DNA of 64,000 bases from Phoronis australis (lineage: Eukaryota > Animalia > Phoronida): contig NMRA01000046.1 in the NCBI GenBank assembly GCA_002633005.1, forward strand, positions 321,028-385,027, in the 5' to 3' direction. The notes under the pieces were generated by a model that was not told where the DNA came from, did not search any database, and saw only the letters and a program-made list of their open reading frames with translations. Made by a program: the position numbers and the translations under genes. Shown piece after piece: positions 62,301 through 64,000 of this stretch (position 1 is its first letter; each line of letters opens with the position of its first letter).

Positions 62301-63086
62301 GTGCTGTTTAGTAATTAGGTCAAATCAAGGTCGCTAACTTAAAATAAATAAAGCTTACATCAGTGACTCCTGCTGTTGGATCAATCAGTAAGCTTCTCTT
62401 GGCAAATGGTTTTATAGTACTTGAAAAGAAATGCCAGCAGTATCAAAAAGGTCAAATCAAAGACTATATCAACACAAAAGCGATCCAAAACAAGTTTTCA
62501 AAGATGACAATTGCATATGGGACTTTAACAGTTTGTGCCTAAGACATTGAAAAACAATTGGAGGATTTAGATTCTAAACTTGTAGAGTCACACATATGAA
62601 CAGCTTCCAGTAATTCACATCATAAAGACTGTCGGCCACTTGTCAGATCAGTTACATTGCAAATTTGCATTCACCTTGAACTGTGGAATTTCCACGAAGT
62701 GAACTGTTGGCATTTGGTAACCCATCAGGTGGTACCCTTGTCTGACTGACAGATGGTGAGATGCCATTGGTTAGATTAGCAGCGTTTGTTGTTTGAGAAC
62801 ACATTGCTGCATACAAAGGCAGCATGGCAGCATTCTGTGACATACAGTTCCATATTTGATAGTTGTGATATTGCCACATCCAGCTTCTCAAAGCATCTGC
62901 ATAGTCTTGAGCAGTTTCGTACTGTCTGTTTTGCTTCCTCGCACATTCAAAACTATCAGTGTCTTGTATATGTGTTAAGTTCGGTAGATCAGACCGCTCT
63001 GTCTCATCTGATGGGCAGTTTCTGCTTGTTTTTGCAGTAGAATGTCGCAGTCTGACGTCGTCCTTCGTTTCCGACTCCATTTTCAT
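56254..63086 (-). CDS. FAM8A1: FAM8A1 (RDD-domain ER membrane protein), 5 exons, 317 aa
   Basis: Exons 63086-62675, 60173-60053, 59018-58889, 58385-58231, 56389-56254; GT-AG, 954 nt in frame. Motifs YADALRSWMWQY, YRVPPLWKRLVAELIDF, GGSTPGKRVMGLKVV, RSVVKNFSIAFFFPVCFT and RAAYDVI. Confidence 0.93.
56595..56999 (-). mobile_element. Short complete HINE-like element
   Basis: Both termini of the 11066 family present in reverse complement. Confidence 0.7.
57385..57970. repeat. 28-bp minisatellite (GTATTGTTAATGAGGGTTACAGGGCACT)n, about 20 copies
   Basis: Direct reading; copies degenerate at both ends. Confidence 0.92.
58071..58182. repeat. 14-bp tandem repeat (CATTTGCATAAAAT)x8
   Basis: Direct reading; 7 of 8 units contain ATTTGCAT. 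Confidence 0.95.
58231..58385 (-). CDS. FAM8A1: FAM8A1 exon 4
   Basis: ALCLRKGVGGSPGGSTPGKRVMGLKVVSC...PARNIGFL. Confidence 0.93.
58889..59018 (-). CDS. FAM8A1: FAM8A1 exon 3
   Basis: DVEHFDFDYMLLKGELDYEKAMSLSSEIIVMEVVNRIFVTIFE. Confidence 0.88.
60053..60173 (-). CDS. FAM8A1: FAM8A1 exon 2
   Basis: GTEYRVPPLWKRLVAELIDFLLLFVIKLSVTLVAVEYFGL. Confidence 0.93.
61513..61760. mobile_element. MITE in FAM8A1 intron 1
   Basis: Imperfect TIR GGCCCACTCCAAGAAACTGAC / GTCAGTTTTGTTGGAACGGGCC. Confidence 0.5.
62675..63086 (-). CDS. FAM8A1: FAM8A1 exon 1
   Basis: ORF 63086-62652 truncated at donor CAAG|GTGAAT. Confidence 0.85.
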
Positions 63087-63528
63087 GTTTCCCTAGTGTT
63101 AAACTTCAGAACTAATTGAAAAATGCGTCAAATTCGCCACTCTAGTCAGTCAATCTCTAGCATTTCAATAACCACGAATAGTTTTGAGCACATAAACTAT
63201 ATGTAAAACTATGTCGAAGAAAAAAAAATTGATAAACAGAACATACTTCTTCTTTTTAGATGGCGCCATAGACTATAGTACAGACTAAACAACTTTTACA
63301 TTGAGCCTCGTCCCCAATCCTCAAGATGGCGCTAATCGGTTAAGCCAAAGACGCTCTGGTACAGGTGCTTTAGTGCTCCGACAACTTTTTAAAAATCAAC
63401 AAACTGAAATTACAATAACCTAAAATACAAGCTAAAAATACACTACAGAGAAAATAGCAGCTATATTGGGCACTACAAGAGCAGCTGACTCGAAAAAAAT
63501 CATCAGCAAGTGTGGCAAATTCATTTAA

Positions 63529-63604
63529 CATGGGCGGCGCACCATAGGGGGTTGGGGGGGAGCGGTTATAGCCCCCCACATTTTTCAGTGCTGCGCTGCC
63601 CATG
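63529..63604. mobile_element. 76-bp CATGGG MITE
   Basis: TIR CATGGGCGGCGCA / TGCGCTGCCCATG, TSD TTTAA. Confidence 0.8.
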
Positions 63605-63711
63605 TTTAAGGCAGTATATTGCCGATGGCAATGAGTTCCATAGCAAAGTCCGACTAGTGCCTAGCACTAGTACCCTTATAGGTGATAGAGTTAGGCTACA
63701 CCGTAAGTCAT

Positions 63712-64000
63712 TTATTTATTTATATTGTGATATTTAAAATGAGGGTGGCCTCTTCAGTGACAGTACTGCTTTCCAAGAGGGCCCTCAACAAGAAAAACAG
63801 TAATATAATACAATGAAGTAATAAAACAACAATGAAATATACGTAACCAAGATACAATTAAAACAGTTAAGGTTGAGAATTAAGACAATAACTAAATGAC
63901 AAATAATGGTAAAAAATTAACTAAGACAGATGAAATAAATTAAGAGATGACTCTAGACAATGAGAGTATTTACGACAATGAAAAAATGACATGATTAAGA
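63712..64000 (-). mobile_element. Probable LINE 3' tail (L2/CR1-type stem-loop plus A-rich end)
   Basis: Minus strand GAGGGCCCTCTT...AAGAGGCCACCCTC hairpin followed by an AATAAATAAA tail and preceded by a T-rich UTR. Confidence 0.45.

Overview
Eukaryotic (invertebrate animal) genomic DNA: AT-rich, intron-rich and full of transposon remnants. I reconstructed three complete spliced genes by hand from GT-AG boundaries. These are an S-adenosylmethionine synthase (MAT1A/MAT2A family, + strand, 9 exons, 7023-20350, 418 aa), ERGIC3 (+, 13 exons, 29586-53305, 386 aa) and FAM8A1 (-, 5 exons, 63086-56254, 317 aa). There is also an intronic tRNA-Pro(CGG) and the 5' end of an unidentified two-TM membrane-protein gene (-) that shares a ~330 bp bidirectional promoter with MAT. 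The most interesting signals cluster in the MAT gene and suggest post-transcriptional SAM-homeostasis control that differs from the known METTL16 nonamer systems: (1) a hairpin-buried productive 3' splice site with an upstream stop-producing acceptor in intron 2; (2) a degenerate exon-6 paralogue that could act as a poison exon; (3) a hairpin-rich, possibly switchable 3'UTR without UACAGAGAA; (4) a 5'TOP-like start. Other highlights are two minimal hammerhead ribozymes of Penelope type and Helentron/HINE-like repeats carrying periodic CTCF-like motifs. All structural and regulatory claims come from manual reading; no search or folding program was run.
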